DNA of 62,323 bases from the NCBI GenBank assembly GCA_040880765.1, contig JBBDHT010000063.1, positions 21,821-84,143 of the forward strand, given 5' to 3'. A program made the position numbers and the translations under genes. The stretch comes from Acidimicrobiia bacterium (GTDB lineage Bacteria; Actinomycetota; Acidimicrobiia; Spongiisociales; ZC4RG35). The notes beneath the pieces were generated by a model. That model made no database searches. It was given only the letters and a program-made list of their open reading frames with translations, and was not told where the DNA came from. Shown here one piece after another: positions 37,227-47,355 of the stretch. How positions within the stretch are numbered: position 1 is the stretch's first letter; each line of letters begins with the position of its first letter.

Positions 37227-38816
37227 TCACTTCCCGCTCAATTCGAGAAGCTCGACAGCGGCCTGCTGGCCCCGTTCGCTCTCCGGCAGTCCGGCGATCA
37301 TCCTTGACAGCTCCTCGAGCCTGGGCGCACCGGATACTCTGGCCACGGCGGCTTCGCTCTCGGTGCGGGTGATCACATAGTGAGTGTCGGCAAACGCTGC
37401 CACCTGCGGGAGGTGGGTCACACAGAGCACCTGGCGTCCGCGTGCCAGAGCCGCCAGCTTCCGGCCCATCGCCAGGGCGGTTGCACCTCCCACCCCAGCG
37501 TCCACCTCATCGAAGACAAGAGTGGCTTCCGTCGACACCGACGTGGAGAGACTCAAGGCAAGGATCGACCTCGATAGCTCTCCTCCTGAGGCAACTTTGG
37601 TCAGCGGGCCCGGTTGCAGCCCGGCATGTGACGCAAAATGGATCTCTACCCGGTCCGCTCCCGAAGGACCCGGGTCGGTGGTTTCGAATTCGAACGAAAC
37701 GGAGGCAGAGTCGAGCCCTACTTCGGCGAGATGGATGACCATCTCCGAAGACAACTGCTTGGCGGTGGCACGTCGCGCAACACTGACCGAGTTGGCCTTC
37801 TCCTCGACAACGGCCGTCGCCGCCTCGACCTCATGCTTGATCGACGCCGCCCTCCCCAAGAGCGACTCCACCTCCACGGCCTTTTCCCCCGCGTTTTTAC
37901 CGAAAAGCAGGATCTCATCCACCGTTTTGCCGTACTTGCGCTTCAGATCACCAAGCAGGTTGAGGCGTTCTTCGATTCCCGCCAGCACTTCAGGGTCGTC
38001 CACCAGGTCATCGACACCGCTGTTGAGATCGCGGCTCAAATCGGTCGCGGAAATCGCCAGCGATTCGGCAGCGTCGGCCAGAGTGGCCGCTCCGGGATCG
38101 AGAGCTTCGATCTTGCGCATCCTCGAGACCAGATCTCCTGAGGCCTCGTCGATGATGGTCACCGCATCGATGGCCTCCGCCAGGTGATCACGGATCTCAG
38201 ATGCGTTGCGGAGACGTCTTTCCTTGTGCTCGAGATCGACGTCGTCGCCGGGCTCGAACCCGGCCGCGGTGATCTCATTGTGCTGATACTGCAAAAGATC
38301 CAACTCCCGGGCCAGTTCCTCACCGGAGCCTCCGAGCCGGGACGCCTCCTCCAGTTTCGCTTGGAGGTCGGTCCATGCCTCGCGATACGCCGTCAGTGCT
38401 TCGCGTCCGCTTTCGTCGAGATTGGCGTCGAGGAGGGAAAGGGCGTAACGCGGCCTTCTCAACTCGAGCTGGTCGTGTTGTCCGACGATCTCGACCAGCG
38501 GCCCCACCCGCTCTCCGAGTGCCGAGGTTGATGCCACCGCCCCATCGAGGTATGAGCGGCTCCTACCCTCACCAGGTACGACCCTGGTCACTCCGAGCTC
38601 TTCTCCGGAGACGAACAAACCGTCCGCTTGCGCGCTTTCGGCGAACGGGCCGACCACTCCGGAGTCGGATGTCTCGCCCAGAAGCAAACGCAACGCTCCC
38701 AACAGCAAGGTCTTCCCGGCGCCGGTCTCCCCGGTGATGACGGTGAGCCCGGGATCCGGATCGATCTCGGCATCGCGAATGAGGCCGAGGTTGCGTGCTC
38801 GCAGGTGTTCGAGCAT
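37227..38816 (-). CDS. recN: DNA repair protein RecN
   Basis: Walker A GETGAGKT, coiled-coil middle, ASGGELSR and LVFDEVDAG. Confidence 0.9.
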   Translation of the reverse strand: MLEHLRARNLGLIRDAEIDPDPGLTVITGETGAGKTLLLGALRLLLGETSDSGVVGPFAESAQADGLFVSGEELGVTRVVPGEGRSRSYLDGAVASTSALGERVGPLVEIVGQHDQLELRRPRYALSLLDANLDESGREALTAYREAWTDLQAKLEEASRLGGSGEELARELDLLQYQHNEITAAGFEPGDDVDLEHKERRLRNASEIRDHLAEAIDAVTIIDEASGDLVSRMRKIEALDPGAATLADAAESLAISATDLSRDLNSGVDDLVDDPEVLAGIEERLNLLGDLKRKYGKTVDEILLFGKNAGEKAVEVESLLGRAASIKHEVEAATAVVEEKANSVSVARRATAKQLSSEMVIHLAEVGLDSASVSFEFETTDPGPSGADRVEIHFASHAGLQPGPLTKVASGGELSRSILALSLSTSVSTEATLVFDEVDAGVGGATALAMGRKLAALARGRQVLCVTHLPQVAAFADTHYVITRTESEAAVARVSGAPRLEELSRMIAGLPESERGQQAAVELLELSGK

Positions 38817-39589
38817 CAGGGCAAATCGAACTTGGACTTGACCTGGCTGGCAAACGACGGGGGGTCGAGGGTGACGAATTGTGCAGGGCGGCTGCCCCGG
38901 CGAATTGCAACAGTATCCCCCGGACCGATCTGGCCGAGAGCCGTCTTGTCGACGCTCACCTTGACCGCACGGTCACGGGTCACTTCCACCAGTACCTCCT
39001 GGTCAGGCTCGATGACAATCGACCTGGAGAACAGGGAATGAGCTGCGACCGGGGTAAGGACAAACGCCTGCAGGGCGGGCGAGACCAGCGGACCTCCGGC
39101 CGAGAATGAATACGCTGTGGAGCCGGTGGGTGTGGCCACGATCAAACCATCGGCTCGATAATTGACGAAGTCGACCGACCCAATCTTCACATTGAGCTCG
39201 ATCAGCCGCTGGCTGTCGACCTTCTCGATGACAACATCGTTCACGCCCACGACAGTGCGGTCGCCGACGGTGGCTGCAACCGTCATCCGGTTGTCGATTT
39301 CGTAGTCTCCCCCGGAGAGCCGGGTGACGACACCGGCCATATCTTCGGGGTCGGCGGCCGTGAGAAAACCTATGGTCCCCATGTTGAATCCGATGACGGG
39401 CACGTCGAGGTCGACGGCGGTCGCGACAGCAGAGAGCATTGTTCCGTCACCTCCGACCGCGACAACCAGATCGGCAGCGGAATCGTCGTCGCTCACTGCA
39501 ACACCCCGATCGGCGAACTCGGCCACCAACCGGTCGGCAAAGTTCGCTATCTCCGGCCTGCCGCTGCGAACGTGGAGACGTACTTTCAA
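38816..39589 (-). CDS. nadK: NAD kinase
   Basis: GGDGTML motif. TTG start. Its stop overlaps the recN ATG by 1 nt (TGATG). Confidence 0.9.
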   Translation of the reverse strand: MKVRLHVRSGRPEIANFADRLVAEFADRGVAVSDDDSAADLVVAVGGDGTMLSAVATAVDLDVPVIGFNMGTIGFLTAADPEDMAGVVTRLSGGDYEIDNRMTVAATVGDRTVVGVNDVVIEKVDSQRLIELNVKIGSVDFVNYRADGLIVATPTGSTAYSFSAGGPLVSPALQAFVLTPVAAHSLFSRSIVIEPDQEVLVEVTRDRAVKVSVDKTALGQIGPGDTVAIRRGSRPAQFVTLDPPSFASQVKSKFDLP

Positions 39590-39729
39590 GTGTTGTCCAA
39601 CTGATCGAGGATCTCGTTGAGCATCTCCGCAAGCTCGGCGGCCGGGTCGGGCAGATCAGCCGGATCCAGTTCGGCGATCTCTTTGAGTTTCAGCTCGATC
39701 CTGGAGATGGTCTCGTCAGGGATGTCCAT
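39586..39729 (-). CDS. Small acidic hypothetical protein (47 aa; 53 aa if it starts at 39747), coupled to nadK; not in the ORF track
   Basis: My translation: MDIPDETISRIELKLKEIAELDPADLPDPAAELAEMLNEILDQLDNT. Its TGA overlaps the nadK TTG start (TTGA). It sits where mycobacteria carry a small conserved ORF between the HAD gene and tlyA/ppnK. Confidence 0.4.
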   Translation of the reverse strand: MDIPDETISRIELKLKEIAELDPADLPDPAAELAEMLNEILDQLDNT

Positions 39730-39736
39730 GGGTTGA

Positions 39737-40507
39737 TTATTGCTCATTGGCGTGCGCGATTACGAGATCAACGGCTGCACTCAAATCCTGAGCGACGTGA
39801 TCGGCCCCTCCACTCTCCCCGCCTGCGGGGGTGACGCCGGTGAGCACCAGGATCGATGACCAGCCATCCTCGGCTATAGCCATAGCGATGTCGGTGTCCG
39901 GTCGGTCGCCGATGACCCAGGCACGATCCACCCCCCGGCTCCGGATGAGGTCTCTCACCGGCCTCTCCGGTTTGCCGGCCACCTGGGGACTTACCCCGGA
40001 CGCGGCTTCCAACGCGGCAACGATGGCTCCCGCCCCTGGCATGATCCGGTCCGCCGCCGGGTAGGTGGGGTCGATATTGGTGGCCACGAACAATGCCCCC
40101 CTCCGGATGGCTTGAGACGCCCGGTCGAGGCTGTCGTAGTCGAAGTTGCGGTCGAGACCCACAATCACACAATCGGCAACACCCGGATCTGTCGTGACAG
40201 GCAGGCCGGCGGATTCGATCGCTTCGATGATGCCGTCGCCACCTACAACCAGGCACCTCGAACCCTGCGGGACAAGGGCCAGGGCGGCCCTCGCCGATGT
40301 GATTATGTCTTCGAGATCCGGCCGGTGTCCAACGAGGGATTCCAGCTTGGCCGCCACCTGGACCTCGGTTCGTGATGAGTTGTTGGTGACGAACAGGACC
40401 CGGAAACCGGCCCGGATGAGCCTTGAGAGGGCATCTGCCGCACCGGGCAGCGCCCGATTCCCCCTGTAGACGACACCGTCGAGATCGCAGACGATGGCCC
40501 GGTTCAC
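39737..40507 (-). CDS. HAD-IIA family hydrolase (NagD-like phosphatase)
   Basis: DLDGVVY catalytic motif, FVTNNS, and GDRPDTDI. Confidence 0.8.
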   Translation of the reverse strand: MNRAIVCDLDGVVYRGNRALPGAADALSRLIRAGFRVLFVTNNSSRTEVQVAAKLESLVGHRPDLEDIITSARAALALVPQGSRCLVVGGDGIIEAIESAGLPVTTDPGVADCVIVGLDRNFDYDSLDRASQAIRRGALFVATNIDPTYPAADRIMPGAGAIVAALEAASGVSPQVAGKPERPVRDLIRSRGVDRAWVIGDRPDTDIAMAIAEDGWSSILVLTGVTPAGGESGGADHVAQDLSAAVDLVIAHANEQ

Positions 40508-41826
40508 GTCTTGCCAAACCTGCCCAGGATTTCCACATAGAGACTCAGAGTCTTTTCGACCGATGCCACCGACACCCTCTCGTCGTTGCCGTGGAACAGG
40601 GCAAGCATCTCCGAGAAGGCCATCCGATCGTCGAAAAGCCCGACACCGTATGCAATGGTGCCCTTTGCCCGCCAGAACCGAGCGTCGGTGACAACGGTCA
40701 TCATCGCCGGGATCAGGCGACGGTGGCCCTCAATCGCTTCGACCGAATCGGCGATCACCTCCCAGAGGTCCGATGGCCTCACCGAGAAGTTGGCATCGAA
40801 GTCCATGACCGGTTCCAGATCGACATGGTCCGATGCCGAGCCCATTGCCTTATTGAGATAGACGTCGATATCGTTGCGCCCCGTGCCGGGGAGAGCCCGG
40901 ATATCGACCTCGGCCCGGGACGAATCGGCGATCGTGTTGGTTTTGGTTCCGGCAATCATGCGATTCGGTGAGACGGTCAGATGGGTGGCGGCATGTGCGT
41001 ATCGGGCAAAGGTCGGATCTACGGCGGCCAACCGGTCGATGGCAGCGTCGACCGCGTCCGGGTCTGTCAATTGACGGGCAAGGTCGGGGTCGATCGACAG
41101 CGAATCGACGAATTCCCGCCACTCCGGGGTGATCGTTACCGGGGTGTCGGATTCGAAGATGCCGTGCAGCGCCGCGGTCATCTTCTCCAGGGCATTGTCG
41201 GCGCCGTAAGGAGCTGAGCCGTGACCCGGGGTCCCTCCGGTGCGGAGCACGGTCCAGAACGGTCCCTTTTCTCCCGTTGCAACCGGGATCAGATTGCCTT
41301 CGGATCCCGTAAGCGGCGGATACGCTACTTCGGTCAGCAGATAATCGGCATGGACGAGGTCCCAATGCTCTTCGACCAAGGGGCGGGCGCCGTACCGGCC
41401 CCCTGACTCCTCGTCTGCGACCGCAGCGAATATCAGGTCTCCGGCCGGCCTCTTCTCACCCGTTATGTACGGCCTGGCGGCAACTGCCATCGCTGCAGTC
41501 ACGTTGAGCATGTCGAGTGCGCCCCTGCCGAAGACCCAGCCATCGACGACTCGAGCGGAAAAGGGTTCCACCGACCAGCTATCGCGATTGACCGGTACGA
41601 CGTCGAGGTGTGGAACCAGAGCGAGGGATGGCGCATCGGGGTCGGATCCCGGTATTCGGTAGACGACCGATTGGCGTCCGGGGATCGGTTCGAAAACCTC
41701 CCCTTCTTCCCCGAAGAACTCCTGGAGCGTCCTCACCGATCTCTTCTCCCCGCCACTTTCCGGCGTCCCATCGTTGACGCAGGCGTTGCCGATCAGGGCC
41801 TGGAGCAGTTCAATTACCTGACTCAT
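40504..41826 (-). CDS. M20 family metallopeptidase
   Basis: HLDVVP, ADEESGG and a dimerisation-domain-sized insert. The start is uncertain (ATG at 41826 or 41832; the ORF track gives 41865). Confidence 0.8.
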   Translation of the reverse strand: MSQVIELLQALIGNACVNDGTPESGGEKRSVRTLQEFFGEEGEVFEPIPGRQSVVYRIPGSDPDAPSLALVPHLDVVPVNRDSWSVEPFSARVVDGWVFGRGALDMLNVTAAMAVAARPYITGEKRPAGDLIFAAVADEESGGRYGARPLVEEHWDLVHADYLLTEVAYPPLTGSEGNLIPVATGEKGPFWTVLRTGGTPGHGSAPYGADNALEKMTAALHGIFESDTPVTITPEWREFVDSLSIDPDLARQLTDPDAVDAAIDRLAAVDPTFARYAHAATHLTVSPNRMIAGTKTNTIADSSRAEVDIRALPGTGRNDIDVYLNKAMGSASDHVDLEPVMDFDANFSVRPSDLWEVIADSVEAIEGHRRLIPAMMTVVTDARFWRAKGTIAYGVGLFDDRMAFSEMLALFHGNDERVSVASVEKTLSLYVEILGRFGKT

Positions 41827-42238
41827 CCTCATCCTTGATCTCGAGCAACACTTCAACCAGCTCATACATTGTCGGTGGCATCTCCAGATCCAATGCTTCT
41901 TCGATTATGAACCACCGGGCTTCCAGGGCATCACCCGACGGCGCGAGCTCGCCACCGATCGCCTGCCCCAGAAAGTCGATCAGGACCAGGTGATGGTCGT
42001 CTCCGATCGACTCACCGACCCAAATCACCTCATCGAGCTTGATGAGAAGACCCGTCTCTTCCTTGGCCTCCCTGGTGGCGGCCTCCGCGAGAGTCTCTCC
42101 GGGGTCTACCTTTCCCCCCGGCACGGCCCAGAGGCCCTGGTGGGGTTGGTTGGCCCTCTTGATCAGCAAGATCTCGTCGCCCTCGACGATCGCCACCCCT
42201 GTGGCGACCACCGGACGGTTACTCCCGGTCATCGTCAT
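41810..42238 (-). CDS. NUDIX hydrolase
   Basis: Nudix box GGKVDPGETLAEAATREAKEETGL. Confidence 0.85.
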   Translation of the reverse strand: MTMTGSNRPVVATGVAIVEGDEILLIKRANQPHQGLWAVPGGKVDPGETLAEAATREAKEETGLLIKLDEVIWVGESIGDDHHLVLIDFLGQAIGGELAPSGDALEARWFIIEEALDLEMPPTMYELVEVLLEIKDEDESGN

Positions 42239-42695
42239 GATGCATCACTATGGACCGGGCGCTGAATCCGCCCGCCTCGAAGAAGTTCTTGGCGAGCCGG
42301 TGACCGGGCAGGACATGGGCGTCGAATTTCGAGATGCCTCGCTCCCGGAGAAGGCCCATAGCGAGGTCACGCATCCTCTCCCCCACCGCCACTTGACGCG
42401 CCTCCAACTCCACAAACACGAGGCGGATCGAGCCGACCTGCTCTCCGCCAGCCTGCGCAAGGATGGATTCGACTCTGGCAAGGAGGAAACCGAACGGGTA
42501 GTCGATCACCGAGCCGATCACCACCAGGGAGTCATCGTCTTCGATCGCCCGCGCAAGTGACTCGTCCACCGGCTCCGCCAGGCCGTCGGCCAGAGGCCAC
42601 ATCGGGTGCAGGTCGAGCATCTCCTTCTCCAGGTCGCGGTACAACTCGACCAGGATCGGGATATCGTCGGCTGTGGCTAGACGGGCGTTGATCAT
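42219..42695 (-). CDS. GNAT family N-acetyltransferase
   Basis: Acetyl-CoA binding-like RQVAVGERMRDLAMG segment, ~158 aa. I trimmed the start to MINARLA, which forms ATGA with the upstream stop. Confidence 0.7.
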   Translation of the reverse strand: MINARLATADDIPILVELYRDLEKEMLDLHPMWPLADGLAEPVDESLARAIEDDDSLVVIGSVIDYPFGFLLARVESILAQAGGEQVGSIRLVFVELEARQVAVGERMRDLAMGLLRERGISKFDAHVLPGHRLAKNFFEAGGFSARSIVMHHDDDRE

Positions 42696-43426
42696 CTCTT
42701 CCAGAACGCTAACCGACGCTTCCACCTGGCATAACCCCACTTCGTGACCAGGACCATTGCCTCCCGGACGATATCCGGGCCCATCTTCGACGTGCCGTGA
42801 GCGCGATCCCGGAACGCGATCGGGATCTCAACGATGTTCAGGCCTGCCTCAACGGCACGCCAGGCCATCTCCACCTGGAACCCGTAACCCGATGCTTCGG
42901 CTGTGCGGTACGGCAGGCTTTGCAACGCTGGAACCCGAAAGGCACGGAATCCCGCGGTTGCGTCGCGCACTTCGATCCCGAGCATGGCCCGTGCGTAGAT
43001 GTTGCCGCCCTTCGAGATCAGGCGGCGAATGAGCGGCCAGTCCGGTGTGGAACCGCCCGGCACGTATCGCGACCCGATGGCGATGTCTGCACCATCGTCG
43101 ATTGCCTCCACCAGCCTCGGCAGGTCGCTGGGGTCGTGGGAGAAGTCAGCGTCCATTTCTACGATGATCTCGGCGCCGTCGGAGATCGCACGATCGAACC
43201 CTGCCGCATACGCTGGGCCCAAGCCCTCCTTTGCGTGCCTATGCAGCACTGATACCCGTGAATCGGACCCGCTCAGCCGTTTGGCCAGGTCCCCGGTTCC
43301 GTCCGGGGAGTTGTCGTCGACGACGAGCACCCCGAATCCCTGGTGGGTCACTGCCGGGACTATATGAGCGAGGTTGTCTCTCTCGTTGTATGTCGGGATG
43401 ACAACCGTTACCCGCTCAGTCGGCAC
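42692..43426 (-). CDS. Polyprenol-monophosphomannose synthase (GT2, dolichyl-phosphate mannosyltransferase-like)
   Basis: VVIPTYNERDNL, VVDDNSPDGT and DADFSHDP are typical of Ppm1/DPM1-type GT2 enzymes. Confidence 0.8.
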   Translation of the reverse strand: MPTERVTVVIPTYNERDNLAHIVPAVTHQGFGVLVVDDNSPDGTGDLAKRLSGSDSRVSVLHRHAKEGLGPAYAAGFDRAISDGAEIIVEMDADFSHDPSDLPRLVEAIDDGADIAIGSRYVPGGSTPDWPLIRRLISKGGNIYARAMLGIEVRDATAGFRAFRVPALQSLPYRTAEASGYGFQVEMAWRAVEAGLNIVEIPIAFRDRAHGTSKMGPDIVREAMVLVTKWGYARWKRRLAFWKR

Positions 43427-43889
43427 AATCGGCGCAGAGCTGCTTTCGCTTATTGGCGAGCTGACTGGTGCGTTTCAGCATGAAACACGACTGACACACG
43501 AATTCGTCAGCCCGTTTCGACTGCGCGTCTACGTTCATGGTGAGCTCTTCTCTACGGATCGCCCTGAGAACCTCGACTTCGTCGACGAGAAGATTGTCGT
43601 CTTTCTCCTCGTCCAATAGCTGGAGTTCCTGGCTCTCGAGCTCTTCCAATGCTTCCGTGGTCTCCTCGTCCTGTTCTTCGTCGTCATCGTCGTCATCGCC
43701 GAAGTCGACCGCGTCGACATCTTCCTCGAAGTCGTCCACTTCAGGATCTTCGATATCAACTTCGAGGTCTTCTTCGTCTAGATCCTCGGCGTCGATGTCG
43801 GGCTCGAGGTCAGCATCATCGACGTCGAGATCGTCGTCCTCGGCCGGCTCGACTTCCTCGACCTTGGTGTCGGTCTTTTTCTTTGCCAT
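43416..43889 (-). CDS. DUF4193-like protein (highly acidic N-terminal part, C-terminal Cys4 motif)
   Basis: Asp/Glu-rich for ~100 aa, then FVCQSCFMLKRTSQL...QLCADCAD. Confidence 0.65.
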   Translation of the reverse strand: MAKKKTDTKVEEVEPAEDDDLDVDDADLEPDIDAEDLDEEDLEVDIEDPEVDDFEEDVDAVDFGDDDDDDEEQDEETTEALEELESQELQLLDEEKDDNLLVDEVEVLRAIRREELTMNVDAQSKRADEFVCQSCFMLKRTSQLANKRKQLCADCAD

Positions 43890-43933
43890 TTTCCTTTACC
43901 CCTCTTAAGGCGCCGGGAGTATACGTACGGGAT

Positions 43934-44818
43934 TCATATTTTGAGTTTGATTGCGGCCGGAATAACCCGACCGGAGATATTGGTATTCCCCAGATAGTCG
44001 CCGTCTGCTTCAACCGGCCAGACCCGACTAATCGTCATCTCGAATTCGGCGGCCGACAGCCTTCGCACCGCTTTATCTCCGAGATGTGTCCCTTTTACCA
44101 CCTTTGGCACCAAAGTGGGAGCACTGCGCTTGGGGGTATTGATGATCTGGACGTCGAGGACCCCGTCGATGAGGGTCGCCTTGGGCGCCACATTCCATCC
44201 GCCGGCGAAGAACTGGGCATTGGCGAGGATCACCGCCAGACCTTCGCTTTCGATCGTCTTCCGCTCGGTGACCAGTGTTATCTCCGCCTTGGGGAATCGG
44301 GCGAGCCTGCCCGCGAAGGCGAGCGGATATCTGGCGGAGCCCATTCGCCGGCTGAGCCGTGGCGCGGTCTGGGCAGCAGCGGCGCCCACTCCTGTCTGAG
44401 CGACATTCACAAAATACCTTCGCCCCCAGGCACCGTCGAGGTAGGGAACATCTATCACGTAGATCTCCGGCCCCGACAGATGGCGGGCCGCCTCGCCGAG
44501 GCCCTGGGAGATCCCGAAGGTGCGAAGAAGATCACAGCCCGTCCCTGCAGGCAGCACCCCAAGCACGGGCTGTTGGTCGAGATCCATGCGCATCAATGTG
44601 TCGACTGCAAGGCTCACCGTGCCGTCGCCACCCACCAGAGCGAAATGAGTGCGCCCCCGGTAAGCCTCCGCTTTGATCATGTCAACCATCTCCGACGTTG
44701 TCGTCGGGGTGATCATGTCGAATTCGACCCCGGCGGCCGTCACCGCATCCCTGACCACCTGAGGTGAGATGCTGAGCCGTCCGGCCATATGGTTGACTGC
44801 CACGAGCCAGCGCCTCAT
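43934..44818 (-). CDS. Diacylglycerol/lipid kinase family protein (YegS-like)
   Basis: GGDGT motif. I trimmed the start to MRRWLVAVNHMAG, which forms ATGA with the helY stop. Confidence 0.8.
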   Translation of the reverse strand: MRRWLVAVNHMAGRLSISPQVVRDAVTAAGVEFDMITPTTTSEMVDMIKAEAYRGRTHFALVGGDGTVSLAVDTLMRMDLDQQPVLGVLPAGTGCDLLRTFGISQGLGEAARHLSGPEIYVIDVPYLDGAWGRRYFVNVAQTGVGAAAAQTAPRLSRRMGSARYPLAFAGRLARFPKAEITLVTERKTIESEGLAVILANAQFFAGGWNVAPKATLIDGVLDVQIINTPKRSAPTLVPKVVKGTHLGDKAVRRLSAAEFEMTISRVWPVEADGDYLGNTNISGRVIPAAIKLKI

Positions 44819-47355
44819 CCCGCTCCCTGTGCTGCGACGACTCCACGGTCCAGCCCTTTCAATGCCGCCTGACATTCCTCATTCATGTCCGGGGCGATGT
44901 CGCGTACCTGTTTGAGCAGGTCGACAAGCTGGCGGCTCACCCTGACAAAGTCGCCCGGGGCCATCGAACCTGTGGAGATCGACTCGAATCCCTCCCCCGC
45001 AACCCAGTTGAACGCCTGGTGGGCGAACCCTGGGTCCGGCTTTCGCGTCGGGGTTAGCCGGTATTGACGTTCACGGCCCACGAGGTCGATCCAGATGTCC
45101 TCGATTCGAGCCCACCTCCCGGCAATCTCGGCAGTGGGGAAATCTGCAGGCGACGCCTGATCGCTGCGAGGCTCATAGACAAAGGTGGAGAGAAGGGAGG
45201 CCAGCTCGTTTGGGTTCAGGGCGTAGAACACTCCCTGCTCCAAGCATTCGGTGAGGAGCAGGTCCGACTCGTTGTAGACACCGCGAAGCCGCTCGCCGCG
45301 CGGGGTCAGCTCCCAACCGGTGGCATATCTCATGTCCTCAAGTAGCTCAATGATCGAGTGGAACTCCTCGACAAGGCCGAACCCGCTGGAGCGGCGGGCG
45401 TTGCGGTATTGCTCCAGCCTCCTCTCGAGCTTCTTTGCTCTCCGCGCCGCGCCAAGATGACGTGGTGCATCGGGACATCCCGCAACAGGGTGCGCCGACC
45501 CGGAGTTGCCGCCCGCTTTTCCCCTGTCGGCTGCGGCGACCTTGCGCAATGAGCGAAGTGTCTGCTGAACGAATCTGCGGTCACGGGGCCGGATCGGCCG
45601 GGACAGCTCGAGATCCCCAGCGAGCCTGCTCCCTGCCACTATCTCCCTGTACCCGATGGTGGAGACACGCCCTGAGGTGGATAGAACGAGGTAGCGCGCT
45701 CCATTTTTCTTCGGAAGCCGCTTGAGGACCACATACCTTCCCTGCCTGGCCCCTCCGGCAACATCAACCACTGAGCCCTCTCCGAGCCCGGAGGCGATGT
45801 TGTCGGCATGGGGAGAAGGCTCAGCCGATTCGACCAGGGCGAGATACTCGTCGACCGACCCTCTTTCACAATGGGCCTTCTCGAGTTCTGCAGCAAACTG
45901 CGATTCGAGGGCGTCGATGGTCCTGGAGGCTTCATGTCTCTCCCCTTCCCGCTGATATGCGGCGAACGACGAGGCCAGCAGCTTCTCCGCCTGGTCTTTC
46001 TCGTAGTTCGAAACCAGGTTCGCTGTCATGTTGTAGGTGGGCCGGAAACTCGATGTGAGCTCGTGGCTCCCGATAGCCGCTATCTCAGTCACGTTGGAGA
46101 ATCGGACATATTGTGAGTGCAGGACCACGCCGAATCCCTCCACATCGATACCGCGCCTGCCGGCCCGGCCCGTCAACTGCGTGTAGTCCCCCGGGCGGAG
46201 CAACTCATGTGTCTCCCCGTTGAAGCGCGACAGGTTCTCGATCACCACGCTGCGGGCGGGCATGTTGATCCCCAGGGCCAATGTCTCGGTGGCGAAGACG
46301 ACTCTGAGCAACCCGGCCGCGAACAACTCCTCGACGGTCTCTTTGAATGCCGGCACGAGGCCCGCGTGATGGGCACCGATTCCCTGCTCGAGGGCGTATG
46401 CCCACTCGTTGTAGCCGAGGACATTGAGGTCGTCGTCGTCGAGGTGAGCGGTGCGGGTCTCGGCGATCTCGATAATCGCCTTCCGTTCCTCCGAATCGGT
46501 CAACCTGACACCGGCATCGGCAAGCCGGCGCGCTGCGCTGTCGCAGCCGGCCCTGCTGAAGATGAAGTAGATCGCGGGAAGCATCCGCTCCTGTGCGAGC
46601 CTTTCTACCGTCTCGGTGCGGTTCGGAGTGGCAAACCGGCGCCGGCGGCCCCGCTCCAACCCGAGCATGTGCTCGACTCTCGGATTGGGCCGGCGACGAC
46701 CGTCTCGGGAGACGAAAGTGGGGAGGAGGTGGATGGTTTGCGACCCGACCTTGTCCTTCATCATGTACATCGATTCGAGCGGCACCGGCCTGTGCTCGGT
46801 TGAGATGAGCCTGGTCGATCCTCTCCTTTCTCCCACCCACGCGGCGAACTCGGCGTTGTTGGAAACCGTCGCCGAGAGACACACCAGGCGGACGTGGTCC
46901 GGACAGTGGACGATGACCTCCTCCCAGACCGCTCCACGCATCCGGTCCTGCAGGTAATGGACCTCATCGAGGATCACATACGCGACCCGGCCCAAACGGG
47001 AGGCGTCGGCGTAGATCATGTTGCGCAGCACTTCGGTTGTCATCACCACGATGTCGGCATCACCGTTGATCACGTTGTCACCCGTAAGCAAGCCAACGTT
47101 CTCCGGGCCGTGGATTTCAACCAGGTCGCCGTACTTCTGGTTCGACAATGCTTTGATCGGGGTGGTGTAGAAGACCCGCTTGCCGTCGAGCAGCGCCAAA
47201 TAGATGGCTGCATCGGCCACGAGGGTCTTCCCCGACCCGGTGGGAGCGGTCACCACCACCGAGTGGCCGTCCTCCATCGCCTGTCCCGCTTCTACCTGAA
47301 ACTCATCCGGAATCAGGGTGAGGCTCTCCCAGAACGCGCCCAGTCGGTTGCTCAT
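44815..47355 (-). CDS. helY: Ski2-like DEAD/DEAH-box RNA helicase HelY
   Basis: APTGSGKT, DEVH, SAT and HHAG motifs, large C-terminal arch/DSHCT-like region, and position next to tatC as in mycobacteria. Confidence 0.85.
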   Translation of the reverse strand: MSNRLGAFWESLTLIPDEFQVEAGQAMEDGHSVVVTAPTGSGKTLVADAAIYLALLDGKRVFYTTPIKALSNQKYGDLVEIHGPENVGLLTGDNVINGDADIVVMTTEVLRNMIYADASRLGRVAYVILDEVHYLQDRMRGAVWEEVIVHCPDHVRLVCLSATVSNNAEFAAWVGERRGSTRLISTEHRPVPLESMYMMKDKVGSQTIHLLPTFVSRDGRRRPNPRVEHMLGLERGRRRRFATPNRTETVERLAQERMLPAIYFIFSRAGCDSAARRLADAGVRLTDSEERKAIIEIAETRTAHLDDDDLNVLGYNEWAYALEQGIGAHHAGLVPAFKETVEELFAAGLLRVVFATETLALGINMPARSVVIENLSRFNGETHELLRPGDYTQLTGRAGRRGIDVEGFGVVLHSQYVRFSNVTEIAAIGSHELTSSFRPTYNMTANLVSNYEKDQAEKLLASSFAAYQREGERHEASRTIDALESQFAAELEKAHCERGSVDEYLALVESAEPSPHADNIASGLGEGSVVDVAGGARQGRYVVLKRLPKKNGARYLVLSTSGRVSTIGYREIVAGSRLAGDLELSRPIRPRDRRFVQQTLRSLRKVAAADRGKAGGNSGSAHPVAGCPDAPRHLGAARRAKKLERRLEQYRNARRSSGFGLVEEFHSIIELLEDMRYATGWELTPRGERLRGVYNESDLLLTECLEQGVFYALNPNELASLLSTFVYEPRSDQASPADFPTAEIAGRWARIEDIWIDLVGRERQYRLTPTRKPDPGFAHQAFNWVAGEGFESISTGSMAPGDFVRVSRQLVDLLKQVRDIAPDMNEECQAALKGLDRGVVAAQGAG

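Noticed and set aside
43649-44767. 372-aa plus-strand ORF opposite the DUF4193 and lipid kinase genes
   Set aside because: Its Arg/Pro-rich first third mirrors the acidic repeat region of the real minus-strand gene. Shadow ORF.
44815-47355. Large helicase considered as a possible defence-system component
   Set aside because: It has Ski2-like HelY motifs. It overlaps tatC by ATGA in the conserved helY-tatC-tatA arrangement, and no nuclease or methylase partner is present.
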